Origin: a virus
Taxonomy: Duplodnaviria; Caudoviricetes
Length of the DNA stretch: 64,000 nt
Virus record (IMG/VR): IMGVR_UViG_3300042275_000518
Location: 125,902-189,901 of that record
Strand: one strand, 5' to 3'
The notes beneath the pieces are model-generated. The model did no database searches and was not told where the DNA came from. It saw only the letters and a list, made by a program, of their open reading frames with translations. Position 1 is the stretch's first letter; every line of letters begins with the position of its first letter. A program made the position numbers and the translations under genes. Positions 39,954 through 52,969 of this stretch are shown in pieces.

Positions 39954-40268
39954 ATGATTTATAACAGATTAGATGGTACTTCATCTAAGAATTTCAAAAT
40001 CGGTAAGAAAGGTGTCGAACTACAAGATAATCAAGGAAAGCTTGTAATTCAAGAACACGATGGCCCTGCAAGAGCCGTAGGTATATCATCTATTAGATTA
40101 GATACAACAAATCCAAATGATATTCCGTCAGCAGGTGCTGTAAACGAAGCGATAGACTCAAAGGTTAGAACGATCGACTATGTAAATGACCTCCAAGTTT
40201 ATCAAGATATAATTAATGAATTAAATGAAAATGATTATATATATTTAGAAAAAGGAGGTAATGAATAA
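39954..40268 (+). CDS. Hypothetical tail-associated protein
   Basis: SD GGAGGT; DGTSSKNFKIGK; TAATG overlap with the next gene. Confidence 0.7.
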   Translation: MIYNRLDGTSSKNFKIGKKGVELQDNQGKLVIQEHDGPARAVGISSIRLDTTNPNDIPSAGAVNEAIDSKVRTIDYVNDLQVYQDIINELNENDYIYLEKGGNE

Positions 40269-42889
40269 TGGCATATAGAGCAAATGAAGTTGCTAAACGA
40301 CTTTATATTATTCAACAAAAATTAAGCGAGAATGGTGTATTAACTCTACATCCAGAAACAGTCGCTAGGCAAGTAATTCAAGAAACTGGATTACGATTTA
40401 TACAAGAGCATCAATTAGTACTTGGTGGTACATATACTCCATCTATAGTAGGGCAAGATGGTGGAGAATTTGTAGATGGAACGGATGCGGCTACATGGTC
40501 AGCTAAAATTCTTCAAGGTTCACAAACAGGCAATATCACATTAACATTACCTACTGTATCTGGTACATTAGCATTAGTTGATGACATTCCAGACCTTAAT
40601 TTTCAAGACGGTCTATTAGATGGTAATTTTGATAGAAATACTGGAACTATTTCATTAGCTCCTTACACAACCGCTGCTGCTGGACATTTTAGTTCAACAA
40701 CAAATACTACTGCAAGTGCAACTAATCTAGCATACTCAGGTAACTTTTACACAAATAGTTTATATCTTGCAAATGACGCTAATATTTCTGGTAATCTAAA
40801 TGTTAATGCACTTTCAAGTTTAGATGGTGGAATTGATGTTAATAACAGTGCATTTACTGTTTCGACATCTGGCGCTGTATATGCAGCATCAACTCTTCAA
40901 GTAAATGGTGCTACAACACTTGCAAGTATCTTATATGCAAATGGTGGTATTAATGTTGATTCAGGAAAATTTACAGTTCAAGATGCTACTGGTAATACAT
41001 ATATTGGTGGAACATTAGAAGTTGATGGTACAGCCAATTTAGATGGAGTTGCAAATGTAAATAACACATTGAACGTAACTGGTTTATCAAATCTAAATGG
41101 TGGCATTGCAGTTGACACAAATCTATTTACAGTTAATGGTACAACTGGTGCTGTTGCAACTAATTCAACACTTGATGTAAATGGATTAGCTAGTTTAGAT
41201 GGCGGTATTGATGTTAATAACCTATTTAAAGTATCTAATACAGGTGTGACTGATATTTCTGCAGCACTAAACGTAACTGGTTTAGCTAGTTTAGATGGCG
41301 GTATTGATGTCAATGGTAATGCAACTATTGGAACCAATGGTAACATTGTAACTGCTGGTGATTTAGCAGTAAACGGCGGAGACTTTACAACTACATCTGG
41401 TACTTTCAATCTATTAAATAAAAATTTAAACTCAACATCTGTGGATCAATTCTATACAGTTAATATTGCTGGCGGAACTGATACTGAGGGTTCTTTTGCA
41501 ATCAATAGAACATTAAACCTTGGTAATAATTTAACTGATGTTGTTATTGATGGTAATCTTATCGTTCATGGTACGAATACTATTTTAAATACTGAAACAG
41601 TTACAACCAATGATGATATTCTTCAATTAAGAAGTTCTGCAACCGTTGCAATGACTGGTTATGCCGGTCTTGTTGCAACTAAATATGATGGAACTAATGA
41701 TGGAGCACTAGTATTTGATAACTCTGGTACAGCTTGGGTTGGGGATGTTACAATTAACCCAAATGGATCAATCGCTGATATTAGCATGCAACCAATTGCA
41801 ACCAGAGATGAAGTTATAGCTGATGGTAATCTCATTAAATGGGATGCAGCAGCTAATAAATTAGTTGACCAAGGCGATTATTTATCAAATAATCAAATTA
41901 CAATTAACCCTGGTACGGATTTAATCACTGGTGGTAGTTTCACATTAAATCAACATACAAATAAAACGATTACTCTTGGACATGCTAACATAACAAGAAC
42001 AAATATAACTGGAACTGCAGTTAATATTTCAGCAGATACTGGTGGTAGTTTCAGTGCTATTACAGGTCTTACTTCATCAGCTACTGGACATATTACAGCG
42101 GTAGAAACAACTACTGTAAATATTCCAACTCCAAATGACGCGACTATTACATTAACTGCAGGCGATGGTTTAGGCACTGGTGGAACCTTTACGACAAATC
42201 AAGGAACCAATGCAACTATTACATTTATAAATACTGATAAGGGTTCTAGCCAAAATATATTTAAAAACATTACAGATGGTACAAACACAGCCATTGCTGC
42301 AAATAATAATGATACAGTAACATTTGCTGATGCTGGTCCAATTACTGCATCTGTAAACCCTGCAACTAAAACTGTTACATATTCACATGATACAAGCTCG
42401 CAAGCAAGCGTTAATAATAGTTTAGGAACAGTTATTCAAGATATTACACTAGACAGTTACGGACATATTACTGCAATCGGTTCTTACAACTTAGATAACA
42501 GATATCATACAGAAGCAGAAGTTTCAGTATTAGATGTTACAGGTTCAGATCCAGTTGTTGTAAGTATTGTTGGAAAAGTAGCAAATATTGAATTAGATAC
42601 TGCTTATGGTGATACTAAAAATCCATATGGTAGTAAAGCAGCTAATCAAATTCTTGCATCTCCAAATGGAACAGTAGGAACACCTTCATTTAGAAGTCTG
42701 GTTAATGCAGACCTTCCAGATAGTGGAGTTGTAGCTGGAACATATACTGCTGTTAGTGTAAACTCAAAAGGTTTAGTAACAGCTGGCGGATCAAGTATTG
42801 AAGTTGGAGATGTTAGCGAACAAACACCATCTTCAGAATTAATGATAGGTGGTTTATTCTTCTTAGATGTTGAAGCACCTGCAGTTTAA
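40268..42889 (+). CDS. Tail fibre protein (LASLDGGIDVN repeats)
   Basis: Internal repeats; PSFRSLVNADLP..GVVAGTY..V.VNSKGLVTAG fibre motif. Confidence 0.8.
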   Translation: MAYRANEVAKRLYIIQQKLSENGVLTLHPETVARQVIQETGLRFIQEHQLVLGGTYTPSIVGQDGGEFVDGTDAATWSAKILQGSQTGNITLTLPTVSGTLALVDDIPDLNFQDGLLDGNFDRNTGTISLAPYTTAAAGHFSSTTNTTASATNLAYSGNFYTNSLYLANDANISGNLNVNALSSLDGGIDVNNSAFTVSTSGAVYAASTLQVNGATTLASILYANGGINVDSGKFTVQDATGNTYIGGTLEVDGTANLDGVANVNNTLNVTGLSNLNGGIAVDTNLFTVNGTTGAVATNSTLDVNGLASLDGGIDVNNLFKVSNTGVTDISAALNVTGLASLDGGIDVNGNATIGTNGNIVTAGDLAVNGGDFTTTSGTFNLLNKNLNSTSVDQFYTVNIAGGTDTEGSFAINRTLNLGNNLTDVVIDGNLIVHGTNTILNTETVTTNDDILQLRSSATVAMTGYAGLVATKYDGTNDGALVFDNSGTAWVGDVTINPNGSIADISMQPIATRDEVIADGNLIKWDAAANKLVDQGDYLSNNQITINPGTDLITGGSFTLNQHTNKTITLGHANITRTNITGTAVNISADTGGSFSAITGLTSSATGHITAVETTTVNIPTPNDATITLTAGDGLGTGGTFTTNQGTNATITFINTDKGSSQNIFKNITDGTNTAIAANNNDTVTFADAGPITASVNPATKTVTYSHDTSSQASVNNSLGTVIQDITLDSYGHITAIGSYNLDNRYHTEAEVSVLDVTGSDPVVVSIVGKVANIELDTAYGDTKNPYGSKAANQILASPNGTVGTPSFRSLVNADLPDSGVVAGTYTAVSVNSKGLVTAGGSSIEVGDVSEQTPSSELMIGGLFFLDVEAPAV

Positions 42890-42924
42890 AATATAGTCTA
42901 TTAATAGACTAAAGGAGTGATATT

Positions 42925-44925
42925 ATGGCTAAAAAATTACAAATAAAAAAAGGCACATTTATAGGTGATAGTTTTCTAGGTAGTCCTATAATATATAACA
43001 TAGCCGATACTAGTTTACTTAGTGTCGGTGATGTTGTTGCTCATGCAGATGGGTTACAAGTTGAAAGTAAAATTCTATCGATAGATAGTGCCACGCAAAT
43101 CACTTTAGATAAAAATGCAGTTGCTACTCATGCTGGAACTACATTTACATCATTAATAGATAACATTATAGTAGATACAAGTACGAAATTAAATGGTTAT
43201 ATAGAAGATGTAGATAGTATTGCAAATACTTTAGTCCTAAGGGATACTAATAAATCGATTAATGTTAATGATGTAGTGTTTGATGATAGTGTTTATAGCA
43301 CAACATTATCATCTTCTACACTATCTAGTGATGTGACTATATTATTGCCAGATACTACTGGAACACTTGCTCTTACAGCAGATATACCAGATATTTATAA
43401 TAATCAAATATCATTTACTGCTGGTTCAGGGCTGACTATTGAAAGTGTTGCATCATCATTTACATTAAATCAAAATACTGATTCAACTATAACTTTAGGG
43501 CATAGTAATACTATAACAGCTGGATCTACATCTAATAATGGAAATATAACCTTAGCATATAATGAAACTTTCAAAGTCCCTACTTTAGTGTATGATGCTA
43601 ATGGACATATTACAGGCGTAAGTTATGATAGTCTTACTTTACCAACAGCAGGTGGATATACACATGATACATTTACTTATTCAACTAGCGCTGATACAGA
43701 AACACTTTTAACTAGTATACCTTTAATTACTAATTTATCGGTTAATAATGAAGGACATGTAAGTGCTTCGGAATATAGAAAATTAGTTGCTGGAGATTAT
43801 GTAAATATAACAGCAACGGCTGATGGTAATATTACAATCTCAGCGGATAGTGAACCTTATGTAGCTGGAACTGGTTTAACATTAGATGGACAGATATTTA
43901 ATCATAGTAATTCAATAACTGCCGGAACTGTAAGTGGATCATCAGGAGGAACTTCTTTTGGTGGAACTGTAAACATTCCAAGTATCACTTATGATGCTCA
44001 AGGTCATATTACAGCAACTGGAACTACAAGTATAACTTTACCAGCTAATATAGACACATATTTAAGTTCTATCACTTGGAATAATGGAACTACTTCTGGA
44101 CCTACTGGAACTGCGACTTTAAATGATAGTTCGACAGTTAGTATCCCAGCTATTCCAAGTGCAAGCATAAGTCAGTCCGGTATAGTTACAACTGGATCTC
44201 AATCATTTAATGGAGATAAGACTTTTGATGATAATGTTATTATAAATAAAAACTTAACTGTTCACGGTACTATGACAACTAAAGATACACAGCAAGTGAA
44301 TATAGGGGATAATATAGTTCTTTTAAATGCTGAAGAGGCTGGAGCTCCTAGTGAAAATGCTGGTATTGAAGTAGAACGTGGAACAAGTACTAATGTGAGT
44401 TTATTATGGAATGAAAGTTCAGATAGATGGAATTTTACTAATGATGGAACGACTTATTATAATATTCCTTTACCTACTGAATATAATAACTATGTACATG
44501 ATACATTTACTGGCGATGATTTCAGTATAGATACAGGACCCTTAACCGGAGCAACTGTTATATCTGATCTAAATATTAATCTAACGACTAATACCGAGGG
44601 TCATGTTACTGATGCTAATGCAACGGTTGCAACTAGAAACCTTACTTTAGCTGATTTAGGATGGACAGCACCTGGTAATGGACAACTTACACTAGCTGTT
44701 TCTGGTATTGGTTTATCAGGTTCAGCAATATTTACGGCTAATCAAAGTACAGGTTCAACATTTACTGTAACATCTAACGCAACTACTGCAGCAACAGCTG
44801 ATACAATAGTCGCAAGAGATTCAAGCGGTGATGTGAGATCAAACTCAAGATTTTATTATAATAATAACGCATATACGGAATACAATTCAACCGATAAATC
44901 GATTGATTTTGTATTTACAGATTAG
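42925..44925 (+). CDS. Tail fibre stalk protein 1
   Basis: TYDAQGHIT repeats, NAGIEVERG, C-terminal YNSTDKSIDFVF. Confidence 0.8.
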   Translation: MAKKLQIKKGTFIGDSFLGSPIIYNIADTSLLSVGDVVAHADGLQVESKILSIDSATQITLDKNAVATHAGTTFTSLIDNIIVDTSTKLNGYIEDVDSIANTLVLRDTNKSINVNDVVFDDSVYSTTLSSSTLSSDVTILLPDTTGTLALTADIPDIYNNQISFTAGSGLTIESVASSFTLNQNTDSTITLGHSNTITAGSTSNNGNITLAYNETFKVPTLVYDANGHITGVSYDSLTLPTAGGYTHDTFTYSTSADTETLLTSIPLITNLSVNNEGHVSASEYRKLVAGDYVNITATADGNITISADSEPYVAGTGLTLDGQIFNHSNSITAGTVSGSSGGTSFGGTVNIPSITYDAQGHITATGTTSITLPANIDTYLSSITWNNGTTSGPTGTATLNDSSTVSIPAIPSASISQSGIVTTGSQSFNGDKTFDDNVIINKNLTVHGTMTTKDTQQVNIGDNIVLLNAEEAGAPSENAGIEVERGTSTNVSLLWNESSDRWNFTNDGTTYYNIPLPTEYNNYVHDTFTGDDFSIDTGPLTGATVISDLNINLTTNTEGHVTDANATVATRNLTLADLGWTAPGNGQLTLAVSGIGLSGSAIFTANQSTGSTFTVTSNATTAATADTIVARDSSGDVRSNSRFYYNNNAYTEYNSTDKSIDFVFTD

Positions 44926-44936
44926 GAGTGATATAA

Positions 44937-45125
44937 ATGATTTATTTTTTCGGAACAGGAACTAATCCTAAGGTAGTATTTGGTGGAAGGAATTTAACTG
45001 AAGAAGAGAAAGCTGAGGCAACTCTTGTATTAGAAAATCTACCACCAACTGAAACTCCTGAAGGCAAGAATGCAAAATTTTATATAGACCCTGAAACAAA
45101 AGAATTTAGTTATATATACGAGTAA
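44937..45125 (+). CDS. Small tail-fibre-associated protein (chaperone-like)
   Basis: SD GGAGTG; LP..E.PEGK..FYIDPETKEF.Y.YE. Confidence 0.6.
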   Translation: MIYFFGTGTNPKVVFGGRNLTEEEKAEATLVLENLPPTETPEGKNAKFYIDPETKEFSYIYE

Positions 45126-45134
45126 TTTGATTGT

Positions 45135-45182
45135 TTATTTTTAGAGGGACAATGTTTTATTGTCCTTCAATAAAGTAAATAA
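45135..45182 (+). repeat. Intergenic hairpin repeat copy 1 (copy 2 at 49638-49695)
   Basis: TTATTTTTAGAGGGACAA..TTGTCCTTCAATAAAGTAAATAA occurs twice with different loops. Confidence 0.8.
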
Positions 45183-45202
45183 TTATGAAAGAGGTGAGAG
45201 AT

Positions 45203-45733
45203 ATGATTGAGTGGAGAGATATAGATGGTTTTCCTAGATATGAAATTTCAAATACTGGTTTAGTTAGAAATAAAAGAACCAAACAAGTAAGAAAGACTAA
45301 GATTAGTCATAAGGGTTATGAGATTTTAACTTTATTTAAAGGCGACTCAGGCAAAATATATGGAACAAAGGCTATTCATAGATTAATGGCGGAGTCATTT
45401 ATCTCTAATCCAGAGGAGAAACCACAAGTTAATCATATTAACGGAATTAAAACTGATAATAGACTTGAAAATTTAGAATGGTGCACTAATCAAGAGAATA
45501 CTAAACATGCATATGATAATAATTTAATAAATAAAGATATATTAAATAAATCTCGCAAGAAAGCTTTAAAAGCCAGAAGGAAAAAAGTAGAATGTATAGA
45601 GACTGGTGAGGTTTATGAAGGTGCTAGATATGCTGCAAGATCACTGAATCTGTCAGAAACCAGTGTAAAGAATGCGGCTAATCCTAATAATAGCACTAAA
45701 CATGCTGGCGGATTTACATGGAGATATTTATAA
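45203..45733 (+). CDS. HNH homing endonuclease (NUMOD4-HNH-NUMOD1)
   Basis: [57 protein letters not shown]. Confidence 0.9.
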   Translation: MIEWRDIDGFPRYEISNTGLVRNKRTKQVRKTKISHKGYEILTLFKGDSGKIYGTKAIHRLMAESFISNPEEKPQVNHINGIKTDNRLENLEWCTNQENTKHAYDNNLINKDILNKSRKKALKARRKKVECIETGEVYEGARYAARSLNLSETSVKNAANPNNSTKHAGGFTWRYL

Positions 45734-45745
45734 GGTGGTGATTTT

Positions 45746-47590
45746 ATGAGTTTAATAGCGTGATATCCTCTTGACGGAAACGCTGAGGATTATACTGTTA
45801 ATAAGAATGACGGAATTCCTACAAATATAACATATACAAATGGTAAGATTGGCCAAGCTGCTGAATTTAATGGAAGTTCTAGCTATATTGAGATTGAGGC
45901 TAATCACGGTACTTCGTTAACAATATCTGCATGGTTTAAGTCATCTAACATATCACGAGTGCAGGGATTACTTGGAACGTTAGACGAAGGTGTAGGCTCA
46001 AATATTCATATTTACCAAGACGCAACTGGTAAACCATATTTATATTCTAGTGGTAGTATCGCTAGGGATGCCTTATTTAGTAGCGTTTCATTAGTTCAAG
46101 ACGAATGGACACATTTAACATTTATATTCTCACCTAATGGAAGAAGAATCTATACAAATGGTGTCTTAACTGGTTCCGATTCTCAGGATACAATATCGGG
46201 AACTATCGGATTTATTGGTAGAAGAAGTTCTTATTATTGAACTGGGCAAATCAATGACGTCCGTATATATGACCATGCACTCTCACAAAAAGAAATCAAT
46301 GACTTGGCAAAGGCAAAAGTATTACATTATACATTTAATAAAGATGAAGATATAGTTTATGATACTAGTGGATATAAAAGAAATGGAACTAAGATAAATA
46401 GTCCAGCATGGACATCAGATAGTAAAATAGGTAGTGGTGGATATTTATTCGATTATACTAATCCTGATTATATTTCTGTAAATAATAGTGAAGTACTAGA
46501 TTTGGAAGAATTTACTATTTCATTATGGTTGAAGTTTAATTCATTCCAACAATATTCTTCTATAATAGGAAAGGGTACTGGTGGAAATGCTGTAAATTGG
46601 AATTTCACTATATGAAGTTATGCTAATGGAAATATACACTTATTTATAGGAAATGGAATAGATGCATCTGCGAGTGTGTCTACAAATATCACTGATAGAG
46701 TTGGAGAATGGGTACATATTACAGGCAAATTGAATAGTGCTTTAATGTCAATATTTGTTGATGGTGTTAAAAAACAAGAAATACCAACACCATATACTCC
46801 TAATCTAAATGATATTAAGATTTCAATAGGGACTCAATTTAGCTCATATCCTTTTGACGGTTATATCGACGATATTCAAATCTATGCAACAGCACTCTCA
46901 GACTCAGATATACTAGACCTCTATCAAACCCGAGCTAAAATCGATAATCAGGGTAATTTATATGCAAATGAGATTGTTGAGGATTATGAGATACAACCTG
47001 GGTTGACATTAAATGGTTTATATAACAACAATCAACATGTTTATCAGGAAAGAGATATTATTGAAACAACTAGTGATAGTTCTGGGACACAATTTCTTTA
47101 TGATATAACAACTGGTAATTTAAGATTGGATTGGACTTATCGAGATTACTATTACAAACATCAAAACGGTGATATTTATTATAAATATATAGAATTATAT
47201 CCAGATTCTCAACCAATATCTTTAGGATTTGTAGTACTACCTGATAGTAGTAGACCTGAGAGAGAAAATGGTAATATAGGGCCGGGTGAATCATATTCTG
47301 ATACATACTCATACAATTATGATAATTATGAGATATCTTTAGTTGAAGGTGCTAGTGGACAAATAAAAATGAAATATTGGATTGTCCTTAATCTTACACA
47401 AATATTCGGTTCCGGAAATGAACCAATATCTAGTGAAATAGATGTGTATATTAGAGATTACATAACATCTCGCCCTAAATCATCAGGTATAATAAAAACG
47501 AGAGAATTCTCAGAAATAGATACACCAAATGAACCAATGAAAATCTTCAAAGATAAAATACAAATACAAGGATCAATCAAGGAGGGATAA
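45746..47590 (+). CDS. LamG/ConA-like lectin tail protein A, 614 aa with 3 TGA=Trp (45761, 46238, 46613)
   Basis: SD AAGGTGGTG; MSLIA[W]YPLDGN; fuses ORFs 45959, 46304 and 46676 in one frame; GKIGQA..F, NDVRIYDHALS. Confidence 0.85.
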
Positions 47591-47593
47591 ATC

Positions 47594-49633
47594 ATGGCAA
47601 AACTTACAAGTACTGATATATATGGTAGTTTGTATGTACAAGGCGTAACAGCATTAGACAGTACACTTTCTGCCACACAATTTACATCAACAATAGCAAC
47701 GGGTACAGCTCCTTTGATTGTAGCCTCAACTACATTAGTAACAAATTTAAATGCAGATCTATTGGATGGACAACAAGGAACTTATTATTTGGATTATAAC
47801 AATTTTACTAATACTCCGACAAGTTTAAAAAATCCTAATGCTCTTACAATTGCTGGTGGGCTATCTTTATCATCAGGAACAACATATGACGGATCCGCTG
47901 CAGTGACTTTATCACATGCTGATACGAGTTCTGCAAGTAGTTTAACTGCTCTAACAGGTGCCAATGTTGTATCTGATATTGATGTGGATGCTTATGGTCA
48001 TGTTACCGCGATGGCAACTAGAACTATGACACTTGCAGATTTAGGATATACTGGTTCTCCAACTGCAGATAACTATGGATCATGGACGCTTCAAGCATTA
48101 AATGCTGCTGGAACATCTCTTGGCTCATCTGCAATTACAAGTGGAGATATAGCTCAATTTCAAGCTGGAACTAACGTAACTCTTGCTTGGGCTGATGATA
48201 AAATAACTATTTCATCTGCAAATACAACTTATTCTGCCGGAACAGGTTTATCACTATCTGGAACTACATTTAATCATTCAAATGCTGTAACTGCTGGAAC
48301 TGCTTCTGGATCATCTGGAGCGGTTAATTTTGGTGGAACCGTTACTATTCCAAGTATAACATATGATGCGCAAGGTCATATTACATCTAAAGGTTCAACT
48401 ACAATAACTCTTCCAACACCTGATTATACAGTAGACACAGATAGTTATATAAGTAGTGCAACATTTGCGACCGATACTGGTATATTATCATTAACAAGAA
48501 CTGGTGATGTAACAGGAACGGTTACAGTTGATTTAGATGGCAGATATTTATTAGCAGACTCATTTGTTAATAACTATATAACAGGATATACATGGAATAA
48601 TGGAACAACCACTGGACCAACTGCAACTATTACTAGAAATGGTTTGTCTAATTTAAGTGTTAGTGCATTCCCAAGTGCAAGTGCAACTACAAGCGGTGTT
48701 GTAACAACTGGAACACAAATATTTGCTGGACAAAAAACGTTTAGTAATAAAGTTATATTTAATGATGATATACAAGTATTAGGAACAGTTATAACCAATA
48801 ATGTAGAAACTGTATCTACAACTAATGGTATAGTATTTGAAGGTACTGTTGCTGATGAATTTGAAGGAACCTTATTAGCTGGAGCTTTAACATCTGATAG
48901 AACTTATACACTACCAAATGCAAGCGGAACAATTGCTCTAACAGGTAATATTGGAAACGCTACAATAACAATTGCTGCAGGTGGTGGTTTAACTACAGGC
49001 GGAGCATTTACAACTAATCAGTCATCAAATGAAACAATTACAATCGATCATGCTGATACATCAACACAAGCAAGTGTAGATAATAGTGGCTATACTTATA
49101 TACAAGATGTCACATTAGATGGATATGGTCACGTTACAGGACTTGCAAGCGCTACATGGACTCATCCAGATACAAGCACTGTTGGAAATTTGAGCTCAGA
49201 TAATAGTGGTTATACTTATATTCAAGACATTGCATTTACATTTGATGGTGCAGGACATGTTACTGCAGCTTCTGTCGGAACTGCCACATGGACTCATCCA
49301 GATACATCAACACAAGCAAGCTCTAATAATTCTGGCAGAACATATATACAAGATGTTCTTTTAGATGATTATGGGCATGTTACAGGTCTAACTACTGCAA
49401 CTGAAACTGTTGTAGATACTAATACACTAAATACAGCTGGTTCAACTAACTCAGATTCGAAACTATATTTAGTTGGGGCTACATCACAAACGACTAGCTC
49501 GGTTACTTATTCTGATAGTGAAGTATATACAACTAATGGAACATTAACAACTAAAGAAGTACAAGTCGGTGGAACTGCTGCAACAATGAAATACGATTCA
49601 ACAAGTAAATCAGTTAAATTTGTATTTGCTTAA
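47594..49633 (+). CDS. Tail fibre stalk protein 2
   Basis: MAKLTSTDIYGSL; TGTAPL.V.STT.V.NLNADLLDG; D.YGHVT repeats; ends YDSTSKSVKFVFA. Confidence 0.8.
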   Translation: MAKLTSTDIYGSLYVQGVTALDSTLSATQFTSTIATGTAPLIVASTTLVTNLNADLLDGQQGTYYLDYNNFTNTPTSLKNPNALTIAGGLSLSSGTTYDGSAAVTLSHADTSSASSLTALTGANVVSDIDVDAYGHVTAMATRTMTLADLGYTGSPTADNYGSWTLQALNAAGTSLGSSAITSGDIAQFQAGTNVTLAWADDKITISSANTTYSAGTGLSLSGTTFNHSNAVTAGTASGSSGAVNFGGTVTIPSITYDAQGHITSKGSTTITLPTPDYTVDTDSYISSATFATDTGILSLTRTGDVTGTVTVDLDGRYLLADSFVNNYITGYTWNNGTTTGPTATITRNGLSNLSVSAFPSASATTSGVVTTGTQIFAGQKTFSNKVIFNDDIQVLGTVITNNVETVSTTNGIVFEGTVADEFEGTLLAGALTSDRTYTLPNASGTIALTGNIGNATITIAAGGGLTTGGAFTTNQSSNETITIDHADTSTQASVDNSGYTYIQDVTLDGYGHVTGLASATWTHPDTSTVGNLSSDNSGYTYIQDIAFTFDGAGHVTAASVGTATWTHPDTSTQASSNNSGRTYIQDVLLDDYGHVTGLTTATETVVDTNTLNTAGSTNSDSKLYLVGATSQTTSSVTYSDSEVYTTNGTLTTKEVQVGGTAATMKYDSTSKSVKFVFA

Positions 49634-49708
49634 TTATTTATTTTTAGAGGGACAAAGTATTATATGGACATTTTGTCCTTCAATAAAGTAAATAAGGGAG
49701 ATGAGAAA

Positions 49709-49867
49709 ATGAGACCTAATTATGGTAAACAAAGAGAGTTCTGGAATGAATCAGCTAGAGACCAAGAAGCTGGTATGAGTGAAAAGGATTCAAGCAATAT
49801 TTTGCCTTCTGTAATAATATTCTTAGCTATTATAGGAATAGTATTAGGAGCGATTTTCATATTTTAG
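49709..49867 (+). CDS. Small C-terminally anchored membrane protein
   Basis: SD GGGAG; single C-terminal TM. Confidence 0.55.
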   Translation: MRPNYGKQREFWNESARDQEAGMSEKDSSNILPSVIIFLAIIGIVLGAIFIF

Positions 49868-49891
49868 TTTTAGAGAGAAGAGGTGAGAACT

Positions 49892-52800
49892 ATGGCATTA
49901 ATAGCACATTGGCCATTGAATGGTAATACAAATGATATAAGTGGGAATGGATATAATCCAACAACAGTTGGTTCGGTTACATATGTGCCAGGAAAAATAG
50001 GCTCTGCCGGATTATTTGATGGTACTTCAGATGTATGTTATATAAATTCTACCATACAACAATTTGAAAATGTTTTTAATAATAACTCATCTATATCATT
50101 TTGGTACAAACTTAAATCAGCATCAACTGCCGCAGGAGTTTTGGCAATGGGACCTTCAGGAACAAATACCAGATTACATTTAGTAATTAGAGCAGAAGGT
50201 AACTTTGCAATTGGTTTTTATGCTAATGATTTTAATACAACATTCTTTCCAGTTATAGACCAGTGGTATCATTATACAATTATATTAGATAAAAAAAATA
50301 TGAAACAAAGATTATTTATAGATGGTGTGTTTCATAGTGAACGAAATGTATCATCATTTCTAGAAATACCTTCTGGTAGTTCATTTGAACTAGGTGGATA
50401 TTCTGGCAGTGCTGCTTTTGGAGAGTTAAATGACGTTCGAGTTTATGACCATGCACTAACAGATATGGAAATTCAAGAAATAGCTCGTGCTAAGATTCTT
50501 CATTATACATTTGATGATTTCCAAGAACCTACTACTAATCTGATAGGTACAGTAATTGATACTACATTTGAAACTACAACGGGATTATCACTTAGTTCTA
50601 CAGTAACTGTAAGTGACGAAATAAAATTTAATAATCATAAAGTATATAAAATAGAACCAGACTCAGACTCATCTGGATTTAGTATAACATCTAATATTTG
50701 GATAAATCAGGACGATATAGTTAATCTAAGCTTTTGAGTCTATATACCTTCAGATCAAATAATGACAAGAACTTGAGAGATACATAGACATATGCTTCCA
50801 GACGGAAGCTGTATTGGTGGAAATTGTCATCATTATAACAGTATAGATTACACAAATAAAGACTGGGATAGCAATAGTCCAAAGAATCAATGGTTTAGAC
50901 GCGATATTACAATACAAGCGGATCTAAAGGATGGAACTTATACAATTATAAATGGTTTTTGGGCAAGAATATTTGCATATAGTGGACAATCTATAGCAGG
51001 TGATGGTTATTTTTATGTAACGGAACCTCAAATTGAGAAGAAAAATTATCCAACTGAGTTTACTACTCTTTCAAGAATTGGAAACGTAAATGATTATAGC
51101 GGTTTTTTCAATATTTCTAATTTATCGGAAGAATATAGTCCTAGATGAATAACAGATTCTAAAATAGGTGCAGGTGCTTATTATTTTAATGATAGTAATA
51201 ATATTATAAAAAAAATTTCTAATACTATCTACTCCCCAGAAAATATTACTGTAAATTTATGGTTTAAATCATCTGATACAGGTTTTACATCATACCATAT
51301 ACCGTTTAGTTGAGGAAGTCTTCATATAGAAATATCTATAAATACATCTGGTAATATCAGAACTGGCTTTTACATAGACGGAGTGAGACGGGTATATAAC
51401 TCTGGATCGGGTCTATTAGATGGAAATTGGCATATGCTAACATCTGTATTTGATGGAACTCTAATGAAGGCATATATAGATGGAGTCAAAACCGGTGAAT
51501 GATCTCATACTGGTTCTTTAACTAGAATGAATTCTACTTTAAGCATAGGTGAATACTCTGGATATGGTAATAAAAACGCGTATGAAGATGACGTGAGAAT
51601 ATATGCAACAGCTCTGTCAGATGCAGATATATTAGATCTTTATCAAACTCGTGCTGAAATAGAAGAAAGTGGAGTTTTATATGCAAGAAATTTATTATCA
51701 AATGCTAGACCAGTTGCAAATTTACTAGGTACAACAGGGGCAGATGCCTCAGGAAGTGGGACATGGTCTATGAATGCTCATGCTGGATGGACTTGGGAAG
51801 TATCTAACCTATCTCCAGATAGGGAGCATATTTGGCATGTACAGCATACTACAACAGACAATGAAGTATTCTATCCGACAAATTATAATTTTGTACCAAA
51901 AACATATTTAGGAGAAAGGTTTGTATTTATATTTGAATATAAATTTAATTCTACATCAACTACTGGATTTAGCGGAAGTTTTTATCAAGATGGCTGGAAA
52001 CTTCCTGCTGAAAATCAGACAGCTGAACTTGTTTATTCAGAATCTATACCTTTATTAGATGGATGGACGCGAGTTGTATGAATGTATCAAGTAGATTATG
52101 CTGGTACGCCTGTTTTTAGGTTTAATACTGGATATACAACAAATATAGTAGATTTATATATAGATAATATGATGCTTTATAGAGGAACAGAAATTGTACC
52201 ATTTATTAATAGTTATCGCCCAGCAATCCAGCTTCCATCTACATTAGATTTCGCAGGTAATGAAGTTCATGAAACTGGAACTGCTAATTTTGAAGATTTC
52301 TCAACAGTGGGAATTACTGATGGTTTAGTTGGTTATTGGCAATTGAATAATGATGTGAAAGATTACTCAGGAAATAATTATAACGGAACTAATAATGGAG
52401 CGGTATCAAAAGGTGATTATTATTATTTTAATGATGCCGCAAAAATATCTCTCCCAGAGCTCCCATCATTCTCTGAAATTTCTATAATAGCAAAAATAAG
52501 AAGAATTGGCTCCACTAACTGAGAAGGAATTTTTGGTACTGAAGCAAGTATCTTACACTTTCAATTAGAAGCTAGCGGTAAGCTAAATGCATATTTATAT
52601 GGTACTGTTGGGCTAGGCCTAAATTCAGGAACTCATTTTATAACAGCTGACGATAATTGGCATATGGTAGTATTAACTTTTGATAATACAAACTTAAGAT
52701 TTTATGTTGATAACGAATTTGATGCTGAAGCTATAGATGCATCTCCAGGTGGATCTATACCAGCTTCTAGTTTATATCGAATAGGATTATCTCATGATAC

Positions 52801-52957
52801 AACAAGATATTTTAATGGAGATATTGCATACGTAAAACTCTTCAACCGTGCTCTAACCCCAGAAGAAATAGCAATCGAATACAACACAATGTTTAACAAT
52901 GAAGTACAAATACACGAATCAGGCGTTCTATACGCTAAAGATATCAAACAATATTAA
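49892..52957 (+). CDS. Multi-LamG lectin tail protein B, 1021 aa with 7 TGA=Trp (50735, 50774, 51146, 51311, 51500, 52079, 52520)
   Basis: Five ORF-track fragments lie in one frame with only TGA between them; SPR[W]ITDSKIG aligns with SPAWTSDSKIG of protein A. Confidence 0.85.
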
Positions 52958-52969
52958 AGGAGTGATACT